Shown: piece by piece, positions 61,146-64,000 of the stretch | How positions within the stretch are numbered: the first letter of the stretch is position 1 | Layout: each line of letters starts with the position of its first letter | Assembly (NCBI GenBank): GCA_040260805.1 | Contig: JBDQPD010000004.1 | Location: 1-64,000, forward strand | Source of the DNA: Myxococcota bacterium | GTDB taxonomy: Bacteria; Myxococcota; UBA4151 | Direction of reading: 5' to 3' | Length of the DNA stretch: 64,000 nucleotides | Program-made: the position numbers and the translations under genes | The notes under the pieces: generated by a model | Told to the model about the DNA's origin: nothing | Databases searched by the model: none | Seen by the model: the letters and a program-made list of their open reading frames with translations, nothing else

Positions 61146-61784
61146 TCAATACGTCATAAATTCGGGCGCTGTGAGCATCGCCATGCACACGCCCAACCAC
61201 GCCTGACCTGAGCTCGCTTGAGCTTGGATCGTCTGGTGGAGTTGATAATAAGCGTCAATCGCCTGATCGTTATCGGGTGCCACGGCGATGCCGTGGAGCT
61301 TCAAACGCAAGAACCGAAGATTGGATTTGACGTCGGAATGCCGCAAAATCAGACGCTCGTTTGCCTCGGCGGTGTGCGCATCTCGATCCAGCGCTTTGCC
61401 GCAGACTTGAGCCGCCATATCATCCATAAACTTGGCAAATAAGGGCGACGGGTCAGTGTTGCTTTCGGTCACCTCAAGATAATCGGCTTCACCTAGCGTT
61501 CGGCTTAACACGTCCCACATCGAGCGCTCGCTTCGATCCTCCCACTGGATCCCTCCAAAGAGGAGCGGGATCGAGCGACGAAGATGTTCCACCTCCAGCC
61601 GGCGGGGCATCTGCCCCATCGGGACTTGATCTGGGTGAGCCCAGGTCTGCTCCGGGTCTTCCCGCTCGACTTGCGACCAGTGATCACCGAAGTGAGGGTC
61701 TGGCTGAGCGGGCTGAACGGGCGGCGTCGGCGCCTCGAGCGAGGTGCAGCCAACGGCGAGGATCAACAACGAAGCGACTCTCAT
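61146..61784 (-). CDS. Hypothetical lipoprotein of the DUF1501 operon
   Basis: Lipobox LAVG-C; RRLEVEHL, AWLGVCMAMLTAPEFMTY. Confidence 0.8.
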   Translation of the reverse strand: MRVASLLILAVGCTSLEAPTPPVQPAQPDPHFGDHWSQVEREDPEQTWAHPDQVPMGQMPRRLEVEHLRRSIPLLFGGIQWEDRSERSMWDVLSRTLGEADYLEVTESNTDPSPLFAKFMDDMAAQVCGKALDRDAHTAEANERLILRHSDVKSNLRFLRLKLHGIAVAPDNDQAIDAYYQLHQTIQAQASSGQAWLGVCMAMLTAPEFMTY

Positions 61785-63451
61785 TGCTCACCCCCTCCCT
61801 CTTTGATCAGTCCAAAGCGAGCCCCTTCACGGTACTCGGCGCTGGTCACGATCTGTCGCACCAGCTGCTTGAGATCGAAACCGGTTTGAAAGGCCGAGCT
61901 CAACTGCCCCTCCAAAGCGGACTCTGTGGGGCGGAAATCACGCCCGGTAAAATGCTTGAAGATCCGCTGAGAGGTGCACTTAGCAAAGCGACTCTCGCCG
62001 GGGTCAAGGACCGTCTGCGCCATCGCCTGTGGTCCGCTCTCGATGTTAGCTGAATAGGACCCGTTTTGCTCGCCAAGGTCATCGGCGAACAGATAGCTTC
62101 TAAGGTAGCCTTCGTACGGCTTGCGGGCGTCGTCCTCAGCGAACACCTCGTTGACGTAGTACAGCCGGCAGCGAAGCGAGCCTCGCTGATTACCGCCAGG
62201 TCCGCAGGCAGGATCAAAGGCCGGATAAGCGTCGCTCGGGGCTTCCGGTATCAAAGGCTTGATCCCTTGCTCCGACCAACGCCCCCAGTAAGCCGCCGCC
62301 GGCTCAACGCTGACATGGCAATACTTACAACCGCAGCGCTTGGTCAGGTTCGGTTCGTTGTGACAGTCGTCATCGGTTGCTGGCAGTCCGCCTGGCGGCG
62401 CCTGAAAGGCTTCGCATCGGAACGCATGGTAAAAGCGCGTGGCGCGCCCTCGGTTGCTCTGAAACTTGGTGAGAAATGAAGGCAAGGTCAGGACCCCTGC
62501 GTGCATCGAGCTCCGGGTGACGCTGCGCCATTCATCGACCTGGTGTTGGCTCAAATCATCAGGCAGCTCGTAGCCTTGATCACCGGTCACCAAATAGGCG
62601 TTACCTGGCGCCTGCGTCTGGTATTTCAGGAAGTGCGTAATCGGCCCGTTGACTTCCATCTCACGACTGGTCAAAAGCTCAGAATAGGGGCGGTCGCCCC
62701 GAACGATTGCGTCGGCGAAGCGCAGCAACTGCTCGTCCCACGAGCGGCGAACCTGAATCTCCGAATCACGGGTCAAGCACCAGCGCAGATTGGGACCACA
62801 CCCACACTCCGATGAGCGGTTGGCGTAGAAGTTGTTGCACGGGATCCGAGCAGGGCCGCGGTTGGTCTGGTTGTCGACGATCTCGTGTTCTTGAGCATCG
62901 AATGCGCAGACTTTGACCGGCTGATCCGGATTCCAATAGGCCTGAACCCAGACCCAACCCTCTTGGACGACGCCGTTCGCTGCCATCTCGGGGTCGGGGT
63001 GCGGACGAGTGGTGATCTGTCCGTTGCTCATCGAGCTCTCGAAATCGGCGCAGCCCACCCTGGCGCCACGATATCGAGAGGTCCGAGCGACGTTATTAAC
63101 CCACATCGCTGCCGAGCTGCCACTCGGACCGTTGAGGCGCCACATAGTACCGGTCAGCCGCTGACCGCCAATGTTCACCCAGAGTAAATCTCGGTGATAG
63201 TTTCGCATCCGATCAACAAAGCCCTCAGTGGTGAGCATCTCATCGATCTGCTGCGGGCTGACAGCGCCTTGCTGCGTCACGTATTCGTACTCCGCAACGC
63301 TCGGCAGATGTCCCCGCAGATCGAGGCTTAGCCGCCGCAAATAATGCAGCTGCTCTTGAACCGAGGACTGCTCGCACATGGGTCCGCTCGGCGCCGCTAC
63401 AACCGGAGCAGCCCAGCTCACCAGGAGACCTAGAACTAGGGCGTATCGCAT
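61781..63451 (-). CDS. DUF1549/DUF1585-like secreted protein with heme-c motif
   Basis: Signal peptide; LRRLSLDLRGHLPS, HAGVLT...RGRA, CKYCH, FAKC...FDLKQLVRQIVTSAEY; start moved to the ATG at 63451. Confidence 0.8.
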   Translation of the reverse strand: MRYALVLGLLVSWAAPVVAAPSGPMCEQSSVQEQLHYLRRLSLDLRGHLPSVAEYEYVTQQGAVSPQQIDEMLTTEGFVDRMRNYHRDLLWVNIGGQRLTGTMWRLNGPSGSSAAMWVNNVARTSRYRGARVGCADFESSMSNGQITTRPHPDPEMAANGVVQEGWVWVQAYWNPDQPVKVCAFDAQEHEIVDNQTNRGPARIPCNNFYANRSSECGCGPNLRWCLTRDSEIQVRRSWDEQLLRFADAIVRGDRPYSELLTSREMEVNGPITHFLKYQTQAPGNAYLVTGDQGYELPDDLSQHQVDEWRSVTRSSMHAGVLTLPSFLTKFQSNRGRATRFYHAFRCEAFQAPPGGLPATDDDCHNEPNLTKRCGCKYCHVSVEPAAAYWGRWSEQGIKPLIPEAPSDAYPAFDPACGPGGNQRGSLRCRLYYVNEVFAEDDARKPYEGYLRSYLFADDLGEQNGSYSANIESGPQAMAQTVLDPGESRFAKCTSQRIFKHFTGRDFRPTESALEGQLSSAFQTGFDLKQLVRQIVTSAEYREGARFGLIKEGGGEQ

Positions 63452-63999
63452 TCGATCATGCCTCCTTCCTGCCAGCGCTGTAACATATATAAAGCCCCTC
63501 CATCTACACGGCCATCGGCATCTTTTGGCATGGCGCCAGCTTGAACCAAAGCGAAGATCGAATCGTAACGCTGCGACCAAGCGGTGTGACCCGACAGATC
63601 AACGGCTTGGGATGAAGGCGTTGCGTTGTGGCAATGCTCGCAATTGGTTTGGTAATAGGGCTCAATATCGTCGCAGTAGGTAGGCGGCGGCTGACCGTCG
63701 CCGCCTAAACGCACAAGTCGTTCCGTCCCCACCAGCCAGACACGCCCGTCTGAGGTCGGATGGATCCTCAAGACCGAATTCAACCCGAGCGGCATGGGTA
63801 AGGTCTCGATCTGATCACCAACCCACGAACTCAATGCGTCAGCGGTCGCAATCCATACACCGTCGCCAGCCGAAGTTGCGCTGAGCGTCCAGGCTCGGCT
63901 GACCGGCTCAGCGCCGTCTTCGGAAGCCAGCGCAGTGCGGCGCCAAATCCACTCCCCTTGCGAGTGTGGGACTCGAGCCTTGAGCGCTCCTCCCTCGAG
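63436..63999 (-). CDS. Partial protein (5' end outside the window) with propeller-like repeats and a C-terminal cytochrome c-like domain
   Basis: Frame is open to the window edge; DGVWIAT and DGRVWLVG blades; CEHCH and GAMP axial Met. Confidence 0.78.
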   Translation of the reverse strand, partial: LEGGALKARVPHSQGEWIWRRTALASEDGAEPVSRAWTLSATSAGDGVWIATADALSSWVGDQIETLPMPLGLNSVLRIHPTSDGRVWLVGTERLVRLGGDGQPPPTYCDDIEPYYQTNCEHCHNATPSSQAVDLSGHTAWSQRYDSIFALVQAGAMPKDADGRVDGGALYMLQRWQEGGMIECDTP

Positions 64000-64000
64000 G

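Overview
This is a dense, GC-rich chromosomal window from what looks like a marine Myxococcota/deltaproteobacterium-like bacterium, inferred from gene content: a MXAN_5808-type S41 peptidase, an AgmX/GltJ-like protein, myxobacterial cysteine-repeat lipoproteins, an ftp-type type III PKS cluster and a complete Na+-NQR. Housekeeping genes are recA, lptFG, tsaD, gdhA, apbE, typA, nqrABCDEF and rmuC. Accessory loci are a microcompartment satellite locus (two BMC-P pentamers plus a class II aldolase), a FAAL/ACP/type III PKS/methyltransferase/monooxygenase lipid cluster, four large Cys-rich lipoproteins (one paralog pair, one with SRCR domains), three tandem AIM24 genes and a DUF1501/heme-c operon. 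Most interesting: (1) the same promoter motif CGTGTCAGACCC-N6-TAnACT (TGTCAG-N10-TAnnnT, the architecture of the actinobacterial PafBC/RecA-NDp promoter) lies upstream of both recA and rmuC, and recA also has a LexA box, suggesting a LexA-independent DNA-damage regulon in this lineage; (2) an orphan type III secretion module, sctU/flhB + SycD-like chaperone + a glycine-zipper protein ending in a needle-subunit-like helix; (3) an HExxH/CxxC domain fused to a DUF2063/HvfC-like domain, lying between two paralogous novel lipoproteins. The window starts with a perfect 142-bp fold-back that cuts a gene, probably an assembly or amplification artefact. I recognised no rRNA, tRNA, CRISPR array or transposase. 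All family calls come from recognising motifs by eye; no searches were run.
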